Shown here: in pieces, positions 34,313-46,830 of the stretch | How positions within the stretch are numbered: the stretch's first letter is position 1 | How the letters are laid out: every line of letters begins with the position of its first letter | DNA from: Eledone cirrhosa | Taxonomy: Eukaryota | DNA: 64,000 nucleotides | Direction of reading: 5' to 3' | Assembly (NCBI GenBank): GCA_964016885.1 | Contig: OZ024744.1 | Location: 129,208,001-129,272,000, forward strand | Program-made: the position numbers and the translations under genes | The notes under the pieces: generated by a model | Databases searched by the model: none | What the model was told of the DNA's origin: nothing | The model's input: only the letters and a program-made list of their open reading frames with translations

Positions 34313-37300
34313 AGTTGGGGTTAAGTTAAGTTGGGGTAAAGTTAAGTTGGGGTTAAGTTAAGTTGGGGTTAAGTTAAGTTGGGGTTAAGTTGGGGTTAAG
34401 TTAAGTTAGGGTTAACTTAAGTTGGGGTTGTGTTAAGTGGTGGTTATGTTAAGTGGTGGTTATGTTAAGTTGGGGTTAAGTTAAGTTGCGGTTAATTTAA
34501 GTTGGGGTTAAGTTAAGTTGGGGTTAAGTTAATTAGGGTTAAGTTAAGTTGGGGTTAAGTTAAGTTACGGGTTAAGTTAAGTTGGGGTTAAGTTAAGTCG
34601 GGGTTAAGTTAAGTTAGGGTTAAGTTAAGTTGGGGTTAATTTAAGTTGGGGTTAAGTTAAGTTGAGGTTAAAGTTAAGTAGGGGTTAAATTATGTTGGGG
34701 TTAAGTTAAGTTGGGGATAAGTTAAGTTGGGGATAATTTAAGTTGGGGTTAATTAAGTTGGGTTTAAGTTAAGTTGGGGTTAAGTTAAGTTGGGGTTAAG
34801 TTAAGTTGGGGTTAAGTTAAGTTGGTTAGTTAAGTTGAGTTTAAGTTAAGTTGGGCTTAATTTAAGTTGGGGTTAAGTTAAGTTGGGGTTAAGTTAAGTT
34901 GGGGTTAAGTTAAGTTGGGGTAACGTTAAGTTGGGGGTAAGTTAAGTTGGGGTTAAGTTAAGTTGGGGTTAAGTTGGGGTTAAGTTAAGTTAGGGTTAAC
35001 TTAAGTTGGGGTTGTGTTAAGTGGTGGTTATGTTAAGTGGTGGTTATGTTAAGTTGGGGTTAAGTTAAGTTGGGGTTAAGTTAAGTTGGGGTTAAGTTAA
35101 GTTGGGGTTAAGTTAATTAGGGTTAAGTTAAGTTGGGTTTAAGTTAAGTTGGGGTTAAGTTAATTTGTGGTTAAGTTAAGTTGGGGTTAAGTTAAGTTGG
35201 GGATAAGTTAAGTTGGGGATAAGTTAAGTTGGGGTTAATTAAGTTGGGTTTAAGTTAAGTTGGGGTTAAGTTAAGTTGGGGTTAAGTTAAGTTGGGGTTA
35301 AGTTAAGTTGGTTAGTTAAGTTGAGTTTAAGTTAAGTTGGGGTTAATTTAAGTTGGGGTTAAGTTAAGTTGGGGTTAAGTTAAGTTGGGGTTAAGTTAAG
35401 TTGGGGTTCAGTTAAGTTGGGGTTAAGTTAAGTGGTGGTTATGTTAAGTTGGGGTTAAGTTAAGTTGGGGTTAATTTAAATTGGGGTTAATTTAACTTTG
35501 TGGTTAAGTTAAGTTGGGGTTAATTTAAGTTGGGGTTAAGTTAAGTTGGGGTTAATTTAATTTGTGGTTAAGTTAAGTTGGGGTTAAATTAAGTTGGGGT
35601 TGAGTTAAGCTGGCGTTAAGTTAAGTTGGGGTTAAAATAAGTTGGGGTTAAGTTAAGTTGGGGTTAAGTTAGGTTGGTGTTAAGTTAAGTTGGGGTTAAG
35701 TTAATTTGTGGTTAAGTTAAGTTGGGGTTAAGTTAAGTTGGGGTTAAGTTCAGTCGGGGTTAAGTTAAGTTGGGGTTAATTTAAGTTGGGGTTAAGTTAA
35801 GTTGGGGTTAATTTAAGTTGGGGTTTATTTAAGTTGGGGTTAAGTTAAGTTGGGGTTAAGTTAAGTTGGGGTAAAGTTAAGTTGGGGTTAAGTTAAGTTG
35901 GGGTTAAGTTAAGTTGGGGTTAAGTTGGGGTTAAGTTAAGTTAGGGTTAACTTAAGTTGGGGTTGTGTTAAGTGGTGGTTATGTTAAGTGGTGGTTATGT
36001 TAAGTTGGGGTTAAGTTAAGTTGGGATTAAGTTAAATTGGGGTTAAGTTAAGTTGCGGTTAAGTTAAGTTGGGGTTAAGTTAAGTTGGGGTTAAGTTAAT
36101 TAGGGTTAAGTTAAGTCGGGGTTAAGTTAAGTTGGGGTTAAGTTAAGTTGGGGTTAAGTTAAGTTGGGGTTAAGTTAAGTCGGGGTTAAGTTAAGTTAGG
36201 GTTAAGTTAAGTTGGGGTTAATTTAAGTTGGGGTTAAGTTAAGTTGGGGTTAAGTTAAGTTGGGGTTAAGTTAAGTTGAGGTTAAAGTTAAGTAGGGGTT
36301 AAATTATGTTGGGGTTAAGTTAAGTTGGGGTTAAGTTAAGTTGGGGTTAAGTTAAGTTGGGGATAAGTTAAGTTGGGGATAAGTTAAGTTGGGGTTAAGT
36401 TAAGTTGGGGTTAAGTTAAGTTGGTTAGTTAAGTTGAGTTTAAGTTAAGTTGGGCTTAATTTAAGTTGGGGATAATTTAAGTTGGGGTTAAGTTAAGTTG
36501 GGGTTAAGTTAAGTTGGGGTTAAGTTAAGTTGGGGTTAAGTTAAGTTGGGGTTAAGTAAAGTTAGGGCTAAGTTAAGTTGGGGTTAAGTTAAGTTGGGGT
36601 TAATTTAAGTTGGGGTTACATTAAGTTGATGTTAAGTTAAGTTGGGGTTAAGTTAAGTTGGGGTTAAGTTAAGTTGGGGTTAAATTAAGTTGGGGTTAAA
36701 TTAAGTTGGGGTTAAGTTAAGTTTGGGTTAAGTTAGGTTGGTGTTAAGTTAAGTTGGGGTTAAGTTAATTTGTGGTTAAGTTAAGTTGGGGTTAAGTTAA
36801 GTTGGGGTTAAGTTCAGTCGGGGTTAAGTTAAGTCGGGGTTAAGTTAAGTTGGGGTTAAGTTAAGTTGCGGTTAAGTTAAGTTGGGGTTAAGTTAAGTTG
36901 GGGTTAAGTTAATTAGGGTTAAGTTAAGTTGGGGTTAAGTTAAGTTGGGGTTAAGTTAAGTTGGGGTTAAGTTAAGTTGGGTTTAAGTTAAGTTGGGGCT
37001 ACCTTAAGTTAGGGCTAAGTTAAGTTGGGGTTAAGTTAAGTTGGGATTAATTTAAGTTGGGGTTATGTTAAGTTGGGGTTAAGTTAAGTTGGGGTTAAGT
37101 TAAGTTAGGGTTAATTTAAGTTAGGGTTATGTTAAGTTGGGGTTAAGTTAAGTTGGGGTTAAGTTAGGTTGGTGTTAAGTTAAGTTGGGGTTAAGTTAAT
37201 TTGTGGTTAAGTTAAGTTGGGGTTAAGTTAAGTTGGGGTTAAGTTCAGTCGGGGTTAAGTTAAGTCGGGGTTAAATTAAGTTGGGGTTAAGTTAAGTTGA

Positions 37301-38899
37301 GGTTAAGTTAAGTTGGGGTTGAGTTAAGTTGGGGTTAAGTTAAGGTGGGGTTAAAATAAGTTGGGGTTAAGTTAAGTTGGGGTTGAGTTAAGTTGGGGTT
37401 GAGTTAATTTGGGGTTAAGTTAAGTTGGGGTTAATTTAAGTTGGGGTTAAATTAAGTTGGGGTTAAGTTAAGTTGGGGGTAAGATAAGTTGGGGTTAGTT
37501 AAGTTGCGGTTAAGTTAAGTTGGGGTTAAGTTAAGTTGGGGTTAAGTTAAGTTGGGGTTAAGTTAAGTTGGGGTTAATTTAAGTTGGGGTTAAGTTAAGT
37601 CGGGGTTAATTTAAGTTGGGGTTAAGTTAAGTTGGGGTTAAGTTAAGTTGGGGTAAAGTTAAGTTGGGGTTAAGTTAAGTTGGGGTTAAGTTAAGTTGGG
37701 GTTAAGTTGGGGTTAAGTTAAGGTAGGGTTAACTTAAGTTGGGGTTGTGTTAAGTGGTGGTTATGTTAAGTGGTGGTTATATTAAGTTAGGGTTAAGTTA
37801 AGTTGGGATTAAGTTAAATTGGGGTTAAGTTAAGTTGCGGTTAAGTTAAGTTGGGGTTAAGTTAAGTTCGGGTTAAGTTAATTAGGGTTAAGTTAAGTTG
37901 GGGTTAAGTTAAGTTGGGGTTAAGTTAAGTTGGGGTTAAGTTAAGTTGGGGTTAAGTTAAGTCGGGGTTAAGTTAAGTTAGGGTTAAGTTAAGTTGGGGT
38001 TAATTTAAGTTGGGGTTAAGTTAAGTTGGGGTTAAGTTAAGTTGGGGTTAAGTTAAGTTGAGGTTAAAGTTAAGTAGGGGTTAAATTATGTTGGGGTTAA
38101 GTTAAGTTGGGGTTAAGTTAAGTTGGGGTTAAGTTAAGTTGGGGATAAGTTAAGTTGGGGATAAGTTAAGTTGGGGTTAATTAAGTTGGGTTTAAGTTAA
38201 GTTGGGGTTAAGTTAAGTTGGGGTTAAATTAAGTTGGGGTTAAGTTAAGTTGGTTAGTTAAGTTGAGTTTAAGTTAAGTTGGGCTTAATTTAAGTTGGGG
38301 TTAAGTTAAGTTGGGGTTAAGTTAAGTTGGGGTTAAGTTAAGTTGGGGTTAAGTTAAGTTGGGGTTCAGTCAAGTTGGGGTTAAGTTAAGTTGGGGTTAA
38401 GTTGGGGTAAAATTAAGTTGGGGTTCAGTTAAGTTGGGGTTAAGTTAAGTTGGGGTTAAGTTAAATTGGGGTTAAGTTAAGTTGCGGTTAAGTTAAGTTG
38501 AGGTTAAGTTAAGTTGGGGTTAAGTTAAGTTGGGGTTAATTTAAGTTGGGGCTAAGTTAAGTTGGGGCTAAGTTAAGTTGGGGCTAAGTTAAGTTGGGGT
38601 TAAGTTAACTTTGGGTTAAGTTAAGTTGGGTTTGAGTTAAGTTGGGGTTAATTAAGTTGGGGTTAAGTTAAGTTGGGGTTAAGTTAAGTTGGGGTTAAGT
38701 TAAGTTGGGGCTAAGTTAAGTTGCGGTTAAGTTAAGTTGATGTTAAGTTAAGTTGGGGTTAAGTTAAGTTGGGGTTTAGTTAAGTTGGGGCTAAGTTAAG
38801 TTGGGGCTAATTTAAGTTGGGGCTAAGTTAAGTTGGGGTTAAGTTAAGGTGGGGTTAATTTAATTTGGGGTTAAGTTAAGTTAGGGTTAAGTTAAGTTG

Positions 38900-41800
38900 G
38901 GGTTATGTTAAGTTGGGGTTAAGTTAAGTTGGGGTTAAGTTAAGTTGGGGTTCAATTAAGTTGCGGTTAATTTAAGTTGGGTTTAAGTTAAGTTGGGGTT
39001 AAGTTAAGTTGGGGTTATGTTAAGTTGGTGTTAAGTTAAGTTGGGGTTAAATTAAGTTGGGGTTAAGTTAAGTTGGGGTTAAGTTAGGTTGGTGTTAAGT
39101 TAAGTTGGCGGTAAGTTAAGTTGGGGGTAAGTTAAGTTGGTGTTAAGTTATGTTGGGGTTAAGTTAAGTTGGGGTTAAGTTAAGTTGGGTTTAAGTTAAG
39201 TTGGGGCTAAGTTAAGTTAGGGCTAAGTTAAGTTGGGGTTAAGTAAAGTTAGGGCTAAGTTAAGTTGGGGTTAAGTTAAGTTGGGGTTAATTTAAGTTGG
39301 GGTTACATTAAGTTGAGGTTAAGTTAAGTTGGGGTTAAGTTAAATTGGGGTTAAGTTAAGTTGCGGTTAAGTTAAGTTGGGGTTAAGTTAAGTTGGGGTT
39401 AAGTTAATTAGGGTTAAGTTAAGTTGGGGTTAAGTTAAGTTGGGGTTAAGTTAAGTTGGGGTTAAGTTAAGTTGGGGTTAAGTTAAGTCGGGGTTAAGTT
39501 AAGTTAGGGTTAAGTTAAGTTGGGGTTAATTTAAGTTGGGGTTAAGTTAAGTTGGGGTTAAGTTAAGTTGGGGTTAAGTTAAGTTGAGGTTAAAGTTAAG
39601 TAGGGGTTAAATTATGTTGGGGTTAAGTTAAGTTGGGGTTAAGTTAAGTTGGGGTTAAGTTAAGTTGGGGATAAGTTAAGTTGGGGTTAAGTTAAGTTGG
39701 GGTTAAGTTAAGTTGGGGTTAAGTTAAGTTGAGGTTAAAGTTAAGTAGGGGTTAAATTATGTTGGGGTTAAGTTAAGTAGGGGTTAAATTATGTTGGGGT
39801 TAAGTTAAGTTGGGGTTAAATTAAGTTGGGGTTAAGTTAAGTTGGTTAGTTAAGTTGAGTTTAAGTTAAGTTGGGCTTAATTTAAGTTGGGGTTAAGTTA
39901 AGTTGGGGTTAAGTTAAGTTGGGGTTAAATTAAGTTGGGGTTAAGTTAAGTTGGTTAGTTAAGTTGAGTTTAAGTTAAGTTGGGCTTAATTTAAGTTGGG
40001 GTTAAGTTAAGTTGGGGTTAAGTTAAGTTGGGGTTAAGTTAAGTTGGGGTTAAGTTAAGTTGGGGTTCAGTCAAGTTGGGGTTAAGTTAAGTTGGGGTTA
40101 AGTTGGGGTAAAATTAAGTTGGGGTTAAGTTAAGTTGGGGTTAAGTTAAGTTGGGGTTAAGTTAAGTTGGGGTTAAGTTAAGTTGCGGTTAAGTTAAGTT
40201 GAGGTTAAGTTAAGTTGGGGTTAAGTTAAGTTGGGGTTAATTTAAGTTGGGGCTAAGTTAAGTTGGGGCTAAGTTAAGATGGGGCTAAGTTAAGTTGGGG
40301 TTAAGTTAACTTTGGGTTAAGTTAAGTTGGGTTTGAGTTAAGTTGGGGTTAATTAAGTTGGGGTTAAGTTAAGTTGGGGCTAAGTTAAGTTGCGGTTAAG
40401 TTAAGTTGATGTTAAGTTAAGTTGGGGTTAAGTTAAGTTGGGGTTTAGTTAAGTTGGGGCTAAGTTAAGTTGGGGCTAATTTAAGTTGGGGCTAAGTTAA
40501 GTTGGGGTTAAGTTAAGGTGGGGTTAATTTAATTTGGGGTTAAGTTAAGTTAGGGTTAAGTTAAGTTGGGGTTATGTTAAGTTGGGGTTAAGTTAAGTTG
40601 GGGTTAAGTTAAGTTGGGGTTCAATTAAGTTGCGGTTAATTTAAGTTGGGTTTAAGTTAAGTTGGGGTTAAGTTAAGTTGGGGTTATGTTAAGTTGGTGT
40701 TAAGTTAAGTTGGGGTTAAATTAAGTTGGGGTTAAGTTAAGTTGGGGTTAAGTTAGGTTGGTGTTAAGTTAAGTTGGCGGTAAGTTAAGTTGGCGGTAAG
40801 TTAAGTTGGTGTTAAGTTATGTTGGGGTTAAGTTAAGTTGGGGTTAAGTTAAGTTGGGTTTAAGTTAAGTTGGGGCTAAGTTAAGTTAGGGCTAAGTTAA
40901 GTTGGGGTTAAGTAAAGTTAGGGCTAAGTTAAGTTGGGGTTAAGTTAAGTTGGGGTTAATTTAAGTTGGGGTTACATTAAGTTGAGGTTAAGTTAAGTTG
41001 GGGTTAAGTTAAGTTGGGTTTAAGTTAAGTTGGGGCTAAGTTAAGTTAGGGCTAAGTTAAGTTGGGGCTGAGTTAAGTTGGGGTTAAGTTAAGTTGGGGT
41101 TGAGTTAAGTTGGGGTTAAGTTAAGTTGGGGTTAAGTTAAGTTGGGGTTAAGTTAAGTTGGGGCTGAGTTAAGTTGGGATTACGTTAAGTTGGGGTTAAG
41201 GTAAGTTGGGGTTAAGTTAAGTTCGGGTTAAGTTAAGTTGGTGTTAAGTTAAGTTGGGGCTGAGTTAAGTTGGGGCTAAGTTAAGTTGGGTCTAAGTTAA
41301 GTTGGGGTTAAGTTAAGTTGGGGTTAAGTTAAGTTGGTGTTAAATTAAGTTGGGGTCAACTTAAGTTGGGGTTAAGTTAAGTTGGGGTTAAGTTAAGTTG
41401 GGGTTAAGTTAAGTTGGGGTTAAGTTAAGTTGGGGTTACGTTAAGTTGGGGGTAAGTTAAGTTGGTGGTAAGTTAAGATGGGGTTAAGTTAAGTTGGGGT
41501 TAATTTAATTTGGGGTTAAGTTAAGTTAGGGTTAAGTTAAGTTGGAGTTATGTTAAGTTGGGGTTAAGTTAAGTTGGGGTTAAGTTAAGTTGGGGTTCAA
41601 TTAAGTTGCGGTTAATTTAAGTTGGGTTTAAGTTAAGTTGGGGTTAAGTTAAGTTGGGGTTATGTTAAGTTGGTGTTAAGTTAAGTTGGGGTTAAGTTAA
41701 GTTGGGGTTAAGTTAAGTTGGGGTTAAGTTAGGTTGGTGTTAAGTTAAGTTGGCGGTAAGTTAAGTTGGGGGTAAGTTAAGTTGGGGTTAAGTTGGGGTT

Positions 41801-44800
41801 AAGTTAAGGTAGGGTTAACTTAAGTTGGGGTTGTGTTAAGTGGTGGTTATGTTAAGTGGTGGTTATATTAAGTTAGGGTTAAGTTAAGTTGGGATTAAGT
41901 TAAATTGGGGTTAAGTGAAGTTGCGGTTAAGTTAAGTTGGGGTTAAGTTAAGTTGGGGTTAAGTTAATTAGGGTTAAGTTAAGTTGGGGTTAAGTGAAGT
42001 TGGGGTTAAGTTAAGTTGGGGTTAAGTTAAGTTGGGGTTAAGTTAAGTCGGGGTTAAGTTAAATTAGGGTTAAGTTAAGTTGGGGTTAATTTAAGTTGGG
42101 GTTAAGTTAAGTTGGGGTTAAGTTAAGTTGGGGTTAAGTTAAGTTGAGGTTAAAGTTAAGTAGGGGTTAAATTATGTTGGGGTTAAGTTAAGTTGGGGTT
42201 AAGTTAAGTTGGGGTTAAGTTAAGTTGGGGATAAGTTAAGTTGGGGATAAGTTAAGTTGGGGTTAATTAAGTTGGGTTTAAGTTAAGTTGGGGTTAAGTT
42301 AAGTTGGGGTTAAATTAAGTTGGGGTTAAGTTAAGTTGGTTAGTTAAGTTGAGTTTAAGTTAAGTTGGGCTTAATTTAAGTTGGGGTTAAGTTAAGTTGG
42401 GGTTAAGTTAAGTTGGGGTTAAGTTAAGTTGGGGTTAAGTTAAGTTGGGGTTCAGTCAAGTTGGGGTTAAGTTAAGTTGGGGTTAAGTTGGGGTAAAATT
42501 AAGTTGGGGTTAAGTTAAGTTGGGGTTAAGTTAAGTTGGGGTTAAGTTAAGTTGGGGTTAAGTTAAGTTGCGGTTAAGTTAAGTTGAGGTTAAGTTAAGT
42601 TGGGGTTAAGTTAAGTTGGGGTTAATTTAAGTTGGGGCTAAGTTAAGTTGGGGCTAAGTTAAGTTGGGGCTAAGTTAAGTTGGGGTTAAGTTAACTTTGG
42701 GTTAAGTTAAGTTGGGTTTGAGTTAAGTTGGGGTTAATTAAGTTGGGGTTAAGTTAAGTTGGGGTTAAGTTAAGTTGGGGTTAAGTTAAGTTGGGGCTAA
42801 GTTAAGTTGCGGTTAAGTTAAGTTGATGTTAAGTTAAGTTGGGGTTAAGTTAAGTTGGGGTTAAGTTAAGTTGGGGCTAAGTTAAGTTGGGGCTAAGTTA
42901 AGTTGGGGTTAAGTTAAGTTGGGGTTAAGTTAAGTTGGGGTTCAATTAAGTTGCGGTTAATTTAAGTTGGGTTTAAGTTAAGTTGGGGTTAAGTTAAGTT
43001 GGGGTTATGTTAAGTTGGTGTTAAGTTAAGTTGGGGTTAAATTAAGTTGGGGTTAAGTTAAGTTGGGGTTAAGTTAGGTTGGTGTTAAGTTAAGTTGGCG
43101 GTAAGTTAAGTTGGGGGTAAGTTAAGTTGGTGTTAAGTTATGTTGGGGTTAAGTTAAGTTGGGGTTAAGTTAAGTTGGGTTTAAGTTAAGTTGGGGCTAA
43201 GTTAAGTTAGGGCTAAGTTAAGTTGGGGTTAAGTAAAGTTAGGGCTAAGTTAAGTTGGGGTTAAGTTAAGTTGGGGTTAATTTAAGTTGGGGTTACATTA
43301 AGTTGAGGTTAAGTTAAGTTGGGGTTAAGTTAAATTGGGGTTAAGTTAAGTTGCGGTTAAGTTAAGTTGGGGTTAAGTTAAGTTGGGGTTAAGTTAATTA
43401 GGGTTAAGTTAAGTTGGGGTTAAGTTAAGTTGGGGTTAAGTTAAGTTGGGGTTAAGTTAAGTTGGGGTTAAGTTAAGTCGGGGTTAAGTTAAGTTAGGGT
43501 TAAGTTAAGTTGGGGTTAATTTAAGTTGGGGTTAAGTTAAGTTGGGGTTAAGTTAAGTTGGGGTTAAGTTAAGTTGAGGTTAAAGTTAAGTAGGGGTTAA
43601 ATTATGTTGGGGTTAAGTTAAGTTGGGGTTAAGTTAAGTTGGGGTTAAGTTAAGTTGGGGATAAGTTAAGTTGGGGTTAAGTTAAGTTGGGGTTAAGTTA
43701 AGTTGGGGTTAAGTTAAGTTGAGGTTAAAGTTAAGTAGGGGTTAAATTATGTTGGGGTTAAGTTAAGTAGGGGTTAAATTATGTTGGGGTTAAGTTAAGT
43801 TGGGGTTAATTTAAGTTGGGGTTAAGTTAAGTTGGGGTTAAATTAAGTTGGGGTTAAGTTAAGTTGGTTAGTTAAGTTGAGTTTAAGTTAAGTTGGGCTT
43901 AATTTAAGTTGGGGTTAAGTTAAGTTGGGGTTAAGTTAAGTTGGGGTTAAGTTAAGTTGGGGTTAAGTTAAGTTGGGGTTCAGTCAAGTTGGGGTTAAGT
44001 TAAGTTGGGGTTAAGTTGGGGTAAAATTAAGTTGGGGTTAAGTTAAGTTGGGGTTAAGTTAAGTTGGGGTTAAGTTAAGTTGGGGTTAAGTTAAGTTGGG
44101 GTTAAGTTAAGTTGCGGTTAAGTTAAGTTGAGGTTAAGTTAAGTTGGGGTTAAGTTAAGTTGGGGTTAATTTAAGTTGGGGCTAAGTTAAGTTGGGGCTA
44201 AGTTAAGATGGGGCTAAGTTAAGTTGGGGTTAAGTTAACTTTGGGTTAAGTTAAGTTGGGTTTGAGTTAAGTTGGGGTTAATTAAGTTGGGGTTAAGTTA
44301 AGTTGGGGCTAAGTTAAGTTGCGGTTAAGTTAAGTTGATGTTAAGTTAAGTTGGGGTTAAGTTAAGTTGGGGTTTAGTTAAGTTGGGGCTAAGTTAAGTT
44401 GGGGCTAATTTAAGTTGGGGCTAAGTTAAGTTGGGGTTAAGTTAAGGTGGGGTTAATTTAATTTGGGGTTAAGTTAAGTTAGGGTTAAGTTAAGTTGGGG
44501 TTATGTTAAGTTGGGGTTAAGTTAAGTTGGGGTTAAGTTAAGTTGGGGTTCAATTAAGTTGCGGTTAATTTAAGTTGGGTTTAAGTTAAGTTGGGGTTAA
44601 GTTAAGTTGGGGTTATGTTAAGTTGGTGTTAAGTTAAGTTGGGGTTAAATTAAGTTGGGGTTAAGTTAAGTTGGGGTTAAGTTAGGTTGGTGTTAAGTTA
44701 AGTTGGCGGTAAGTTAAGTTGGCGGTAAGTTAAGTTGGTGTTAAGTTATGTTGGGGTTAAGTTAAGTTGGGGTTAAGTTAAGTTGGGTTTAAGTTAAGTT

Positions 44801-46830
44801 GGGGCTAAGTTAAGTTAGGGCTAAGTTAAGTTGGGGTTAAGTAAAGTTAGGGCTAAGTTAAGTTGGGGTTAAGTTAAGTTGGGGTTAATTTAAGTTGGGG
44901 TTACATTAAGTTGAGGTTAAGTTAAGTTGGGGTTAAGTTAAGTTGGGTTTAAGTTAAGTTGGGGCTAAGTTAAGTTAGGGCTAAGTTAAGTTGGGGCTGA
45001 GTTAAGTTGGGGTTAAGTTAAGTTGGGGTTGAGTTAAGTTGGGGTTAAGTTAAGTTGGGGTTAAGTTAAGTTGGGGTTAAGTTAAGTTGGGGCTGAGTTA
45101 AGTTGGGATTACGTTAAGTTGGGGTTAAGGTAAGTTGGGGTTAAGTTAAGTTCGGGTTAAGTTAAGTTGGTGTTAAGTTAAGTTGGGGCTGAGTTAAGTT
45201 GGGGCTAAGTTAAGTTGGGTCTAAGTTAAGTTGGGGTTAAGTTAAGTTGGGGTTAAGTTAAGTTGGTGTTAAATTAAGTTGGGGTCAACTTAAGTTGGGG
45301 TTAAGTTAAGTTGGGGTTAAGTTAAGTTGGGGTTAAGTTAAGTTGGGGTTAAGTTAAGTTGGGGTTACGTTAAGTTGGGGGTAAGTTAAGTTGGTGGTAA
45401 GTTAAGATGGGGTTAAGTTAAGTTGGGGTTAATTTAATTTGGGGTTAAGTTAAGTTAGGGTTAAGTTAAGTTGGAGTTATGTTAAGTTGGGGTTAAGTTA
45501 AGTTGGGGTTAAGTTAAGTTGGGGTTCAATTAAGTTGCGGTTAATTTAAGTTGGGTTTAAGTTAAGTTGGGGTTAAGTTAAGTTGGGGTTATGTTAAGTT
45601 GGTGTTAAGTTAAGTTGGGGTTAAGTTAAGTTGGGGTTAAGTTAAGTTGGGGTTAAGTTAGGTTGGTGTTAAGTTAAGTTGGCGGTAAGTTAAGTTGGGG
45701 GTAAGTTAAGTTGGGGTTAAGTTGGGGTTAAGTTAAGGTAGGGTTAACTTAAGTTGGGGTTGTGTTAAGTGGTGGTTATGTTAAGTGGTGGTTATATTAA
45801 GTTAGGGTTAAGTTAAGTTGGGATTAAGTTAAATTGGGGTTAAGTGAAGTTGCGGTTAAGTTAAGTTGGGGTTAAGTTAAGTTGGGGTTAAGTTAATTAG
45901 GGTTAAGTTAAGTTGGGGTTAAGTGAAGTTGGGGTTAAGTTAAGTTGGGGTTAAGTTAAGTTGGGGTTAAGTTAAGTCGGGGTTAAGTTAAATTAGGGTT
46001 AAGTTAAGTTGGGGTTAATTTAAGTTGGGGTTAAGTTAAGTTGGGGTTAAGTTAAGTTGGGGTTAAGTTAAGTTGAGGTTAAAGTTAAGTAGGGGTTAAA
46101 TTATGTTGGGGTTAAGTTAAGTTGGGGTTAAGTTAAGTTGGGGTTAAGTTAAGTTGGGGATAAGTTAAGTTGGGGATAAGTTAAGTTGGGGTTAATTAAG
46201 TTGGGTTTAAGTTAAGTTGGGGTTAAGTTAAGTTGGGGTTAAATTAAGTTGGGGTTAAGTTAAGTTGGTTAGTTAAGTTGAGTTTAAGTTAAGTTGGGCT
46301 TAATTTAAGTTGGGGTTAAGTTAAGTTGGGGTTAAGTTAAGTTGGGGTTAAGTTAAGTTGGGGTTAAGTTAAGTTGGGGTTCAGTCAAGTTGGGGTTAAG
46401 TTAAGTTGGGGTTAAGTTGGGGTAAAATTAAGTTGGGGTTAAGTTAAGTTGGGGTTAAGTTAAGTTGGGGTTAAGTTAAGTTGGGGTTAAGTTAAGTTGC
46501 GGTTAAGTTAAGTTGAGGTTAAGTTAAGTTGGGGTTAAGTTAAGTTGGGGTTAATTTAAGTTGGGGCTAAGTTAAGTTGGGGCTAAGTTAAGTTGGGGCT
46601 AAGTTAAGTTGGGGTTAAGTTAACTTTGGGTTAAGTTAAGTTGGGTTTGAGTTAAGTTGGGGTTAATTAAGTTGGGGTTAAGTTAAGTTGGGGTTAAGTT
46701 AAGTTGGGGTTAAGTTAAGTTGGGGCTAAGTTAAGTTGCGGTTAAGTTAAGTTGATGTTAAGTTAAGTTGGGGTTAAGTTAAGTTGGGGTTAAGTTAAGT
46801 TGGGGCTAAGTTAAGTTGGGGCTAAGTTAA
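38900..46830 (+). repeat. About 3.93-3.99-kb tandem HOR duplication (about 38900-42890 and about 42890-46830)
   Basis: Paired landmarks and offsets: ttcaat 38951/42941 (3990), gaggttaaag 39731/43721 (3990), aagatggggct 40281/44210 (3929), gggattacg 41176/45105 (3929), ttaagtgaagttgcgg 41911/45840 (3929). Confidence 0.88.
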
